From NCBI GenBank assembly GCA_035444565.1, contig DAOMOX010000005.1:5045-69044 (forward strand): a DNA stretch of 64,000 nucleotides, given 5' to 3'. The position numbers and the translations under genes are program-made. Below, piece by piece: positions 1-9,349 of this stretch (positions are counted from its first letter, which is position 1; each line of letters starts with the position of its first letter). The stretch comes from Candidatus Dojkabacteria bacterium. Its GTDB lineage: Bacteria > Patescibacteriota > Dojkabacteria > B142 > OLB20. The notes beneath the pieces were generated by a model, which saw only the letters and a list, made by a program, of their open reading frames with translations, searched no databases and was not told the DNA's origin.

Positions 1-1056
1 CCTCAACAGTACTCCTCTCTAGATCGTATGTTAAAAAGCCACATACTAAGCCAAATGGAAAAATACGAATTAGAAGTTATAATAGCTTTAAGGGAAGAAC
101 AAAAAGTACGGGGTTTATTATTAGTGGGTTACAAAGAAGCAAAAGCCCCTTATAATTCTCAGGAATTTAAATTACTTACAAGTATAGCCGAAACTATGAG
201 CCTTGGAATAGGTAGGGCTCTATTATATAAAGAAATTCAACAATTTAACGAAACACTACAAAAGAAAGTAACTAATGCCACGGCTGAGTTACAAAGTAAA
301 AACAAGGCACTTGAAGAAGCATTGTTAAAATTAGAAGAAGTCCGCAGACAAGAAAAAGATATGCTTGATGTTATGGGTCATGAACTTAGAACTCCAATTT
401 CTATTGCTAGAAATTCTGTAGTTACCTTACAAAAACACTTAAGTAAAAATGATACCGATCCAGAAAAACTAGCAAAATATACCAAAATGGCTGTTGAGTC
501 AATTCGCAGAGAGATTGCGCTAATCGAAACATTCTTATCTACAACAAAACTGGAAGGTGGACGTATGCAAGTGAATCCTGAAAAAGTATCTCTCAAAGAT
601 GTTATTCACGAAAGTTTGCAAGGACATATGGACCTTGCAAAAAGGAATAACACCAATATCATTTTTAATGAACCTGATAATGATATATATGTGATAGCTG
701 ACAAGATTAGAATACAGGAAGTTATGGATAATTTCCTTAATAATGCAATTAAGTATACCGGTGAAGGAAATGTAGAAATCAAAATGTATGAACTAGAAGA
801 TCTTGGTTGGATAGATGTAAAAGATGATGGAATCGGGATATCCGCTGAGAATCTTCAGAAGTTAGGTAGAAAGTTTTTCCGAGCACAAACACTTTATAAC
901 CAATCAAATAATGTAGTAAATCCTAGTGGAACTGGATTAGGTCTATTTGTGAGTTTCCAACTTATAGATTTAATGAAAGGTGAAAGGAAAATCATAAGTC
1001 AAGAAGGTCAAGGTTCGATTTTCTCATTTGGACTACCACTATATAATCAATCCTAA
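1..1056 (+). CDS. Sensor histidine kinase, 5'-partial: the frame is open to the window start and only the HisKA + HATPase_c core is seen
   Basis: H-box 'MGHELRTPISIARNSV' and G-box 'GTGLGLFVSFQLIDLMKGE' are read directly. There is no in-frame stop between nt 1 and the ATG at 28, so the N-terminal sensor part probably lies upstream of the window. Confidence 0.7.
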   Translation, partial: PQQYSSLDRMLKSHILSQMEKYELEVIIALREEQKVRGLLLVGYKEAKAPYNSQEFKLLTSIAETMSLGIGRALLYKEIQQFNETLQKKVTNATAELQSKNKALEEALLKLEEVRRQEKDMLDVMGHELRTPISIARNSVVTLQKHLSKNDTDPEKLAKYTKMAVESIRREIALIETFLSTTKLEGGRMQVNPEKVSLKDVIHESLQGHMDLAKRNNTNIIFNEPDNDIYVIADKIRIQEVMDNFLNNAIKYTGEGNVEIKMYELEDLGWIDVKDDGIGISAENLQKLGRKFFRAQTLYNQSNNVVNPSGTGLGLFVSFQLIDLMKGERKIISQEGQGSIFSFGLPLYNQS

Positions 1057-1838
1057 ATTGTATTGGTACTAACAACTTCGCGAATTTCGTTAAATATACT
1101 CGCTGTATATACATCTTTGGGATAATACTTAATTACAAAAAAGCGACTATCTATACTTAATGAACTCATTTCTATGTCAATTTCTAAAACTTTCCCATTA
1201 TATTTCAACCAGAAGTCGCTAGAAAAAGGGAGGTATTCTTTCTTGTACTCTTGAGACCATAACTTGCTCATATAGACAGTCTTTTTTAGCCTTCTGGAGT
1301 CTTCAAAATAACGTGGATGATTCCTATATTTATGTACAACAGACCTATATGTAGTTAACATTTGACCTAGTATAATTGGTAGATATTTCTTAGGAATTTT
1401 ATTTAAGATTTTAAAATCTTTGTGAAACAACACATCCCACGTGGTAAGTCCTTGAAATTTCAACGTAAGTCTCTTATCAATTTCAAAAAGTTTTAAAATA
1501 ATTTCGTTCCAATAACATATCCGGAATTGATTATCTATCATATATATTGGTACAGTTTGTTTATCAAAATTACTTTTTACCAACCCCACCACCCTCTCAA
1601 TCTCATCAACATCCGGGCTGGATTTTTGCAAGCTAATCAAATAGTTAAACTCGTCATCGTGCAAGTCCAAAACTTGGGCGATTTTTATGATGGTTTCCTT
1701 TGTAGGATTGATGTTTCCGTTTTCGATTCGGGAGAGCGTACCAAATGAAAGCCCGGCTTCGACTTCAAGTTTTGTTTGACTGAGAGAGCGATCTTCTCTC
1801 AGAACATAGATTTTCCTGCCTAAAGGTAGTTCATCCAT
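1053..1838 (-). CDS. XRE-family helix-turn-helix transcriptional regulator with a C-terminal domain of unknown function
   Basis: N-terminal 'LREDRSLSQTKLEVEAGLSFGTLSRIENGNINPTKETIIKIAQVLDL' is a typical HTH_XRE (Cro/C1-type) motif. It is convergent with the HK gene and overlaps its end by 4 nt. Confidence 0.65.
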   Translation of the reverse strand: MDELPLGRKIYVLREDRSLSQTKLEVEAGLSFGTLSRIENGNINPTKETIIKIAQVLDLHDDEFNYLISLQKSSPDVDEIERVVGLVKSNFDKQTVPIYMIDNQFRICYWNEIILKLFEIDKRLTLKFQGLTTWDVLFHKDFKILNKIPKKYLPIILGQMLTTYRSVVHKYRNHPRYFEDSRRLKKTVYMSKLWSQEYKKEYLPFSSDFWLKYNGKVLEIDIEMSSLSIDSRFFVIKYYPKDVYTASIFNEIREVVSTNTI

Positions 1839-1944
1839 GGTAAGTATTTCTTTCGGGGTAATTATACTACATTTATTACGGATTTCTTTGCGTTATGGCG
1901 CAATAAAACGCAAGTTGTAGCGTTGACTAGGATTGATAATTCTA

Positions 1945-2451
1945 TTAACTTTTCTCGTGAATTATCTTTTTAATGCTTTCTTTGCTTCTACCAAAAGCTT
2001 CTAGATACTTTGTTTCTTTATCTCTATACATATCAGCAACAGTATCAAGATAATTCTGATAGTTTTTACCATCAGGATCGTACAAATACATCCTCTGGCA
2101 ATGATTTACAATATCAACAAAATTAAAAATGACATGTTCCTTTCCAATTAAATCAATCTTCAAAACTAAATCCCACAACTTATTCATGTATTTGATATAA
2201 CCTTGCATCGTGTGAAGAGGTGTAGGATATGGCAAATCTTTATTATTTTGGATAGCATATTGATTTGATGCCCAGGCATATGCATCCGCCATTCTACTAT
2301 GCAAAACAGCCTTGTCCCCTACGAAAAGTATTTGAGCGAACTCTGAAGGATTTTTCTCTGCTTTCCAGTCATCAGAAATCGCAAATTTTAAATTTGTGAG
2401 GAATTCCGGTTCAACATTCAGAGGTTTTAATATTTCTTCAAGTTGTCGCAA
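1945..2451 (-). CDS. Hypothetical protein, probably the C-terminal continuation of the upstream HD-domain gene after a frame change
   Basis: It overlaps the upstream ORF by 25 nt in a different frame. The only available start is an unusual TTG at 2449-2451, and there is no internal ATG until about residue 54. Confidence 0.4.
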   Translation of the reverse strand: MRQLEEILKPLNVEPEFLTNLKFAISDDWKAEKNPSEFAQILFVGDKAVLHSRMADAYAWASNQYAIQNNKDLPYPTPLHTMQGYIKYMNKLWDLVLKIDLIGKEHVIFNFVDIVNHCQRMYLYDPDGKNYQNYLDTVADMYRDKETKYLEAFGRSKESIKKIIHEKS

Positions 2452-2735
2452 ACTTTTTCCCAGTGATGTTCTTCAGAACCATCCTCACCCTTTGCAGGTC
2501 TATAAACGTCATGAAATAGACCAGCGAGAAATAATAATTTGGGATTTTTATATTTATTAATTACAGCTAATTCATAGGCTTCAACAGCAACTTCCATAAC
2601 ATGCCCAAAACCATGACCAAGAGAAGAGATGGGATTTTCTTCCCAATAATCAAGTAAGGCATCGACATATTCCCTGAGTTCATTTGTCTCAACAAACTCA
2701 AGAGCTTTTTGTAAATATTCTTTATCAGTTTTCAT
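2427..2735 (-). CDS. HD-domain phosphohydrolase, N-terminal part (probably the first half of a gene interrupted by a frame change)
   Basis: Motifs 'HGFGHVMEV' and 'FLAGLFHDVYRP' (His ... HD) are present. At 102 aa it is too short for a complete HD domain, whose later His/Asp motifs are missing. Confidence 0.55.
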   Translation of the reverse strand: MKTDKEYLQKALEFVETNELREYVDALLDYWEENPISSLGHGFGHVMEVAVEAYELAVINKYKNPKLLFLAGLFHDVYRPAKGEDGSEEHHWEKVCDNLKKY

Positions 2736-2764
2736 AATTATTTGATTAAATTAATTTTTGAAAT

Positions 2765-3859
2765 TTAAAGTTTTCTTTCAATCATATAGTCTGCAATCCC
2801 CTCCAAGTAATTCACTCCTTCTTCCGTCCAGCCAGCCTCATCTTTGTATTTCAATAGTGCATTTTTTGCTTCGATCACCAAATCCAAAGCTTTTTTCTTC
2901 GAAATTTCAAGTGAACCTGTATCAAGCATGATTTCTCTCACCTTATCAACCTCACTTTTTGATACTTTCGGATTTCCAATAACCTCCTCTAATACTTTTT
3001 TCTGGTTTTTTGTAGCTTTATTATATGCATGATAAGTTAATAATGTTTGTTTCCCTTCGATAATATCTCCATCCGCTGACTTACCAGTACTCTGTTCATC
3101 CCCAAATGTTCCCAAAATATCGTCTTGAATCTGAAATGCTACACCACCAGGGATAGCGTATTTAGCAAGCATATCTAATTTTTCATCAGACGCACCAGCC
3201 AATATCGCTCCAACCTGAATGGGATTATTATAAGTGTAGATTCCGGTTTTCCAATAAAGTACATTAATAATATCTTCTTCGGTGAGTTCAGAGCGCACTT
3301 CATTCAACATATCATGTATTTGCCCGTGTCCAGTGATAATTATTTGATTATTAAGCTGATTGACTGCTTTCTTAATTAATTCTAAATCGAAGTTTGAATT
3401 ATTTATTACATTTAAAGCAATGTGATCACATATCAAACCAACATTCACGGCAATAGTATTTCCAAAATGTGTACTATCTTTTTTGTAGAGATTTTTTGCA
3501 TGCCAAACTCTGTATGTTTCATTTATCGTGGGGTAACCACGTCTCTTAGAAGCAATATCCATAAAATCGTCTTCAACAAGCAAGAAAACATGTACAAGCT
3601 CGATTGCAGCTGCGATTTTAATGATCTCTTCTTCGTTATTACCCCCACTTAATTTATATGTGTAGTAAACGAACGAAGGCCTAAGACGCTTCCCGCTGAC
3701 TAAACTAATATTTTTAAGTTCAGTCATATAGTCAACTGCAAGTTGTGTGTAGTTTTCGGCTTCCTTGATTTCTTTGTCCAATATTTCACCCAAGACATTA
3801 TCGACCTTTTCTTTGAAAATTCCTAAAGATTGTTTAGCCTGTTGTGCTTTCGAATTCAT
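2765..3859 (-). CDS. Polyprenyl diphosphate synthase (trans-isoprenyl diphosphate synthase family)
   Basis: First Asp-rich motif 'LLVEDDFMDIASKRRG' (DDxxD) and second 'FQIQDDILG' are separated by about 130 aa. The length fits the IspA / GGPPS / long-chain prenyl synthase family. Confidence 0.75.
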   Translation of the reverse strand: MNSKAQQAKQSLGIFKEKVDNVLGEILDKEIKEAENYTQLAVDYMTELKNISLVSGKRLRPSFVYYTYKLSGGNNEEEIIKIAAAIELVHVFLLVEDDFMDIASKRRGYPTINETYRVWHAKNLYKKDSTHFGNTIAVNVGLICDHIALNVINNSNFDLELIKKAVNQLNNQIIITGHGQIHDMLNEVRSELTEEDIINVLYWKTGIYTYNNPIQVGAILAGASDEKLDMLAKYAIPGGVAFQIQDDILGTFGDEQSTGKSADGDIIEGKQTLLTYHAYNKATKNQKKVLEEVIGNPKVSKSEVDKVREIMLDTGSLEISKKKALDLVIEAKNALLKYKDEAGWTEEGVNYLEGIADYMIERKL

Positions 3860-3905
3860 TGAAATAAAAGGAAATCAAAGCCAATTATAAGGCTTTTGAT
3901 AGAAC

Positions 3906-5318
3906 TTGGCAAAGCATAAATTATTACTATCTTGTGCCATGACGCGAAGTAAAAAGGCAATAAATAAATTAATATCATCTCAGAACTATTTATTAATTAT
4001 TCAGCGTATGCGAAGACACTTACTACTCCTCTTCTCTTTATTAATGCTAAGTGCAATTTTCTTTACATTCTTTCAACACATTACTACAAGTGCACAAACT
4101 ATTTCCACACCACAATTTAAACTGGAAATTACTACTGAGAACAAGGATTTAATTTCACCAGCGGCAAAGAACTCGATTTTGGATACTTTAAACAATCGTT
4201 GGCGTGGTGATATTCCCCTCGATAATATTTTCTATCTCCCAAATATCAGATGGGAGAATGATTGGGCTATAGCGGACATTCACTACAAGAAAAGTAGTAT
4301 CGACTATACAAATCCTGAGAACTCCCCAATCAATAATTCCTTCTCGGTTATCCTAGCTATAAACTCCAGAGGTGTTTGGCAATCTGCATTTACCGACGAA
4401 CCACAGGCAGCAGACATAGCGAGAATGATTCCTGACGAAGAGCTATCCTACGAGGCTAAAACAACTCTTCTCACTCATTTTCCCAGTCAGTACAAAACTA
4501 TGTCTTTAAATATTGATTATAAATTACCGTGGTCGAAATCTGGAACGAAATTTTTCTTTTCAGGAGTCAGAACAACAAACACTCAACCATGTCCAAATAA
4601 CTCAGGTTGGCATGGAGCACTGCCATATTTAGGTGGTGAGCCTTGTCATGCACTTGATTTCGCCCCCAGGCTCAGTTCTACAGTGACGAATGCAGACATT
4701 CTCTCTCCCGTTACAGGTTATGTTTATCAAATCTGTAAAAATCCAGGATCGCAAAAACAATCCGCCCTTGCAATCAAAGCTACGAATAGTAACCAAATTA
4801 TAGGAATCTGGCATCTTGATAAAGAAACAATTCCCTCACGAATCAAACAGGGTGAACTAATAAAACAAGGCGAATTTCTCGGTCAAATGGTCGAAGGATC
4901 TGTGAACGAATCAAAATCAACATGTCCCCTAGTCTCTCAGGGAACTCATATTCATCTTGTATCACCATATAGACCGTTTACTATTGATTCTTATACTTTT
5001 ACCCTTGAAGACAAAGTAATATTTAACGAGTCTGAACATACTATGAGTGCTTTCCAAAACACAGATATGGTAAGTACTAATGGGAACGAGACGTCTACTA
5101 GTTCAAACTGTAGACCACCGGTATCAGGAGATTGGGTGATTTCAGAGAATTGTGATTTGTCTTTCTCTACCTCAGTACCCAATAATATAATAATTAACGA
5201 TGGGAAATCGCTAACAATAAACAGCAATGTTACACTTGATATGAATCTAGGATATTATAGAATTCTTATAAAGCCTAACGCTAAATTACTAGTTAACTCC
5301 GGTGCTAAAATCATTTAA
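3906..5318 (+). CDS. Secreted M23-family (LytM-like) metallopeptidase; the true start is probably the ATG at 4008 (MRRHLLLL...)
   Basis: HxxxD motif in 'GEPCHALDFAP' and HxH motif in 'GTHIHLVSP'. A hydrophobic signal or anchor segment 'LLLLFSLLMLSAIFFTF' precedes them. Confidence 0.65.
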   Translation: MAKHKLLLSCAMTRSKKAINKLISSQNYLLIIQRMRRHLLLLFSLLMLSAIFFTFFQHITTSAQTISTPQFKLEITTENKDLISPAAKNSILDTLNNRWRGDIPLDNIFYLPNIRWENDWAIADIHYKKSSIDYTNPENSPINNSFSVILAINSRGVWQSAFTDEPQAADIARMIPDEELSYEAKTTLLTHFPSQYKTMSLNIDYKLPWSKSGTKFFFSGVRTTNTQPCPNNSGWHGALPYLGGEPCHALDFAPRLSSTVTNADILSPVTGYVYQICKNPGSQKQSALAIKATNSNQIIGIWHLDKETIPSRIKQGELIKQGEFLGQMVEGSVNESKSTCPLVSQGTHIHLVSPYRPFTIDSYTFTLEDKVIFNESEHTMSAFQNTDMVSTNGNETSTSSNCRPPVSGDWVISENCDLSFSTSVPNNIIINDGKSLTINSNVTLDMNLGYYRILIKPNAKLLVNSGAKII

Positions 5319-5925
5319 CAAAAAAATTATGAAAAGAATAATCATATTAACTATTGCGACAATCCTCCTTGTATATGCTGGAATGAATGCTCAAGAACTA
5401 ATTCAAAAAGAAAAAACCTCTTCACAAGAGTATGTTATTACGATTACTCCATCACCATCTATTGAAGTTCCCACACTTTCACACACTTTCGTACTTTCTG
5501 AAAATACAAATTCATCGCAGTCCAATCTAACACTAGAAAGTATTGGAAATTATAAAGGGGAAGTTATTAAATCAGAACAAACACCTTCTCAGTGGAAGTT
5601 ATCTCAAAATGACACATTTCTTCAAATTTCAACAAATCCTAGTGACACATCACCCTTTGGGGCTGACTTAGAACCTGATATTACATTATTAAATTCCCGA
5701 CTAACGGCTAATCAAATCTATAGAGTCAAAGTCGATGAAAGTTTCTACTTTTACACAAATAGATACTACAACGATTCATGTGGACAAAGATATTGTTCTA
5801 ATGGTCTTTTAAGCACCGATAGTGGCGAAGACCTGTCAATTTATTGTGTGCTTGGGGAAAGTAGTCCGGACGAACTCAGCTTCTGTGACAATATCGTAGT
5901 AAATCTAAACGATAAAAGTATTTAA
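5302..5925 (+). CDS. Secreted hypothetical protein
   Basis: N-terminal signal peptide 'MKRIIILTIATILLVYAGMNAQ' followed by a Ser/Thr-rich sequence. I recognise no other motifs. Confidence 0.45.
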   Translation: MLKSFNKKIMKRIIILTIATILLVYAGMNAQELIQKEKTSSQEYVITITPSPSIEVPTLSHTFVLSENTNSSQSNLTLESIGNYKGEVIKSEQTPSQWKLSQNDTFLQISTNPSDTSPFGADLEPDITLLNSRLTANQIYRVKVDESFYFYTNRYYNDSCGQRYCSNGLLSTDSGEDLSIYCVLGESSPDELSFCDNIVVNLNDKSI

Positions 5926-6392
5926 CCTGTGCATACATCTGGGAAGAAGAACGTAAACCCAGGGGTTCCGTCAAATTGTTGATAACAATTACTAGTACCA
6001 GAGATCATGGTCGCCATTACTGACGCGATTATCATTCTCGACAAGTAAAAAAGAACAATTCCAATCAACCACCTACCAAAGCGAGTTTTTGCGTCTTCGA
6101 TTTTGTTTGTATCACTCGTAAAGAACGAATAGGCTATGAGAATGAAATACGCCAACCATAGAAAACCACCTAGTGCCCAAGCAATATAGATGAACCTCAC
6201 CAATACAAACTCAAATGTTTGCAGTGTAGGTGGTCTACAATCAGGATTAATACTATCTACGGGACAATCATTTATAAAATCAGTCTGTCCACCTTGTGCA
6301 AGGACTGGCAAAGTACGAAAACCTAGTAAAGTTAAAGTTAAAAACAATGACAAAATTGTGCTTAAAATATATTTCTTCACAAAGCTTTTCAT
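5922..6392 (-). CDS. Paralog family member P1: secreted protein with the TM - 'TSDTNKIEDAK' loop - TM module and Cys-containing flanks
   Basis: Signal peptide ending '...LPVLAQ'. Two hydrophobic helices flank 'FFTSDTNKIEDAKTRFG', the same module as P2-P7. Cys-containing N- and C-terminal segments surround it. Confidence 0.6.
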   Translation of the reverse strand: MKSFVKKYILSTILSLFLTLTLLGFRTLPVLAQGGQTDFINDCPVDSINPDCRPPTLQTFEFVLVRFIYIAWALGGFLWLAYFILIAYSFFTSDTNKIEDAKTRFGRWLIGIVLFYLSRMIIASVMATMISGTSNCYQQFDGTPGFTFFFPDVCTG

Positions 6393-6497
6393 AACTAACT
6401 CAGTTTATCTCACGTGCAAACGAAAAACAACCTCGATGTATTAATAAAAAAAGAGTTACTAGATAGTAACTCTTTTTCTAATTTATTATGAAAGCAA

Positions 6498-7127
6498 TTA
6501 TGGAGAAGGATCAATAATTGTTGGATCAGTTCCCAACGGTGTACCTCCATTTAATGGATCTTTACAATCTGCACTCACTTGATCTTCAGTATATGTACCA
6601 GCTGCAAATAATGCATAATGTTCATTACACCATTCACACGCATTTCCTTCGACTCCTTCAGTAATACATATATTACAACCTACACTGTTAGGAGCACTTA
6701 AACAGACTTGGGTTAATGTTGGATCTACTCTTCCTGCTCCAAAGAATACGAATACCAATACAACCCCGACTATTCCTATTAACATCGCTGCTATTCCCAT
6801 AAATATAGCTTTGATTGCTTTCTGTGCTTCTTCAATTTTACCAGGGTCCCCTTGTGATTGGATGTATTTAAATGCTGCGATTAACGCATAGACTACTGCT
6901 ACAAGAATTATTAATCCAAGTGCTATGTACAATCCTGTTCGTACCCTACCTGAGATAAATGATGCTGTTCCTGAACCATCTTCTCCAAACAAATCGAAAA
7001 TTGCTTGTATTTGTTCTGGAATAAGGCTGGAGCTTGATGTTTGTGCGGACACGCCACTTGGTAAAAGCAAGATGGTGGAGAATACGCCCACAAATGCAAT
7101 CATTAATCTGCTTATATGAATTCTCAT
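6498..7127 (-). CDS. Paralog family member P2: signal peptide, TM - 'QGDPGKIEEAQKAIKAIF' - TM, then a Cys-rich C-terminal tail
   Basis: Signal peptide ending 'GVSAQ'. The N-terminal 150 aa are near-identical to P3 (7213..7782). The C-terminal tail holds nine Cys. Confidence 0.65.
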   Translation of the reverse strand: MRIHISRLMIAFVGVFSTILLLPSGVSAQTSSSSLIPEQIQAIFDLFGEDGSGTASFISGRVRTGLYIALGLIILVAVVYALIAAFKYIQSQGDPGKIEEAQKAIKAIFMGIAAMLIGIVGVVLVFVFFGAGRVDPTLTQVCLSAPNSVGCNICITEGVEGNACEWCNEHYALFAAGTYTEDQVSADCKDPLNGGTPLGTDPTIIDPSP

Positions 7128-7212
7128 GATTTGTTTTAAATAAATAAAATAATATATAAAATATTAATACATTAAGCTGATAAATTAAATTGTTATCACT
7201 TACTGTAAATAA

Positions 7213-7782
7213 TTATTGACATAAGTTATTATATTGGATTTGCTCCCCAGGATCCAAAGCTCCACCCCTTGCAATCTCTGAATACAGACCTTCACAAGTT
7301 CTGCAATCACCACCATTAATACCCTCTGCTCTACAGCTATCACAACCGACACTATTTGGTGCACTTAGACAGGTTTGGTAAAGATTTGGTTCAACTGGAC
7401 TAGTTCCAAAGAATACGAACACAAGAATCACTCCAACAATGGCAATCATCATAGCTGCGATACCCATAAAGATTGCCTTGATGGCTTTTTGGGCTTCCTC
7501 GATTTTTCCTGGATCACCTTGTGATTGGATATATTTAAAAGATGCTAGTAAAGCATAGATTACGGCAACTACAATAATCACTCCTAAAGCTATGAACAAT
7601 CCTACCCTCACCCTACTGACAATGAATGAAGCAGTACCAGATCCATCTGGTCCTAAGAGATTGAACAGACTTAAAATTTGATCTGGTAAAAAAGAGGGAT
7701 TAGTCTGAGCACTTACTCCGACCGAAAGTAGTACTAATATAAGTGGAGTCAGTAAAAGACTTGATAATACTTGTTTTTTCAT
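7213..7782 (-). CDS. Paralog family member P3, a tandem duplicate of P2
   Basis: It shares with P2 the sequence 'GSGTASFI.SRVR.GL.IALG.II.VAV.YAL.A.FKYIQSQGDPGKIEEAQKAIKAIFMGIAAM' nearly residue for residue. Its Cys-rich tail is different. Confidence 0.65.
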   Translation of the reverse strand: MKKQVLSSLLLTPLILVLLSVGVSAQTNPSFLPDQILSLFNLLGPDGSGTASFIVSRVRVGLFIALGVIIVVAVIYALLASFKYIQSQGDPGKIEEAQKAIKAIFMGIAAMMIAIVGVILVFVFFGTSPVEPNLYQTCLSAPNSVGCDSCRAEGINGGDCRTCEGLYSEIARGGALDPGEQIQYNNLCQ

Positions 7783-7850
7783 AATTTATTTATTAAAGAT
7801 AACAAATTTTAAACTAATTTAAATTAAATAGCAAAACAATTACAGCAACA

Positions 7851-8588
7851 TTATTCACATCGGAAACTGTTAGGATTATTATTCACACTACCTGTACAAG
7901 TTAGTCCTGCACAACATGACCCAACCGGATTCCCGTTATTATTACATAACTGACCACTCGATAAACATACATTTGAGACGTTACTGTTTCCGTGTGTGCT
8001 GTTCAGTGCACATCCACTTGGCATTGCACTTTGAAATTCAATGATATCGATATACTCCGTATCGCCATCTTCACAACAGACTACATAATATTGAGGCCTG
8101 GTTGATCCTGCAGACTCAATGTAATCGTCTAGCAGCTCAATATAAGATTTTCTAATCGCTTTCGAAGGATCATTGGGATCGGGTTCAAACTTGCCTTGGA
8201 AATAAAACCTCCCAGAGGCAGGACCACCTTGATTGCATTGCCTTAAGTTCTCAGCCCAATTCCAAGGTGCACCAACTCCCATAAATACAGCAGCAAAAGT
8301 AATCACTAAGAAAAACATTAGGAAATACGATATTCCGATCCATACACTTTTGATAATTTTCCATCCTTTCTCAATCTTCTGTGGATCTCCAAAACTAGAT
8401 GTAATACTAAATGCTCCATATATAGCAAATCCTAGCCATGCGACTACAAGAATTACCAAGAATAAGAACATCAATAAACCAATAGCCGAAAAAATACCAT
8501 TCGTAAAAAAGCCCCCATAAGATGGTAAATCAAAAACAAATTCAGTGCCTGGAATAGAGAATTGACTTGATATTGAGCTAAAATCCAT
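7851..8588 (-). CDS. Paralog family member P4: TM - 'FGDPQKIEKGWKIIKS' - TM with a long Cys-rich C-terminal domain
   Basis: The module sits near the N-terminus and no cleavable signal peptide is obvious. The C-terminal 150 aa hold about 14 Cys ('CCEDGD', 'SCCAGLTCTG'). Confidence 0.6.
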   Translation of the reverse strand: MDFSSISSQFSIPGTEFVFDLPSYGGFFTNGIFSAIGLLMFLFLVILVVAWLGFAIYGAFSITSSFGDPQKIEKGWKIIKSVWIGISYFLMFFLVITFAAVFMGVGAPWNWAENLRQCNQGGPASGRFYFQGKFEPDPNDPSKAIRKSYIELLDDYIESAGSTRPQYYVVCCEDGDTEYIDIIEFQSAMPSGCALNSTHGNSNVSNVCLSSGQLCNNNGNPVGSCCAGLTCTGSVNNNPNSFRCE

Positions 8589-8629
8589 ATTATTAATTTT
8601 TCAATATAATTACTAAATAACAGACTTTA

Positions 8630-9349
8630 TTACATACATTTCTTAAAACCTGCCACAGGATCAAGTACGCAGGAATCTTGTGCGTCAGCACAAACCGTAT
8701 AACCACCACAATTACCACCCCTAGGAACGACCCTTGGCTGTGGCACAATACTTATATCAAATAAACTTCCCGTCAGTCCCAATAATAATGATACTAATTG
8801 TATAATACCAACAAATGAGAGACTCAATATCACACCTACAACAGCATTTCTGAAAATTTTCACTGCCTTTTCGATTTTTTCTGGGTTATCTGCGGCCGTA
8901 GATCTTTCCCACACACCCCACATTCCCATAATAACAGTGGCAAATACTATTAAGCTTATCATGGCGTAGAACCCCAGTCGCACTAGGATAACTGTACAAT
9001 ACGGATCGTCGGCTGGTCTATCTATCGTTTCTGGATCTGGGCATAATTCTAATCCAAATATATTAAATGCTTCACTATATCTCCCAGGAATATCGTCGTA
9101 CATAATTTCAAAGGATAGATTATGACAATTGACTTGGTCTGACTCGAGACAATTTAATCCCTGGTCTACACAAGCTTTATTACACAGCGAACTACATACA
9201 ATCGGATCTTCTGGAAATCTTGTTGCGAGATATTTTGAACATTCCGGATCGATTACCAATTCTACATTAGCTCCTTGCGCATTAACATTAAATCCCTGAA
9301 TAAAGGTAACGATTAAGATTCCAAATATTAAAAATAGTAATTTCTTCAT
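8630..9349 (-). CDS. Paralog family member P5: signal peptide, Cys-rich N-domain, TM - 'ADNPEKIEKAVKIF' - TM, short Cys tail
   Basis: Signal peptide ending 'VNAQ'. About 12 Cys in the N-domain. The module is conserved. Confidence 0.6.
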   Translation of the reverse strand: MKKLLFLIFGILIVTFIQGFNVNAQGANVELVIDPECSKYLATRFPEDPIVCSSLCNKACVDQGLNCLESDQVNCHNLSFEIMYDDIPGRYSEAFNIFGLELCPDPETIDRPADDPYCTVILVRLGFYAMISLIVFATVIMGMWGVWERSTAADNPEKIEKAVKIFRNAVVGVILSLSFVGIIQLVSLLLGLTGSLFDISIVPQPRVVPRGGNCGGYTVCADAQDSCVLDPVAGFKKCM

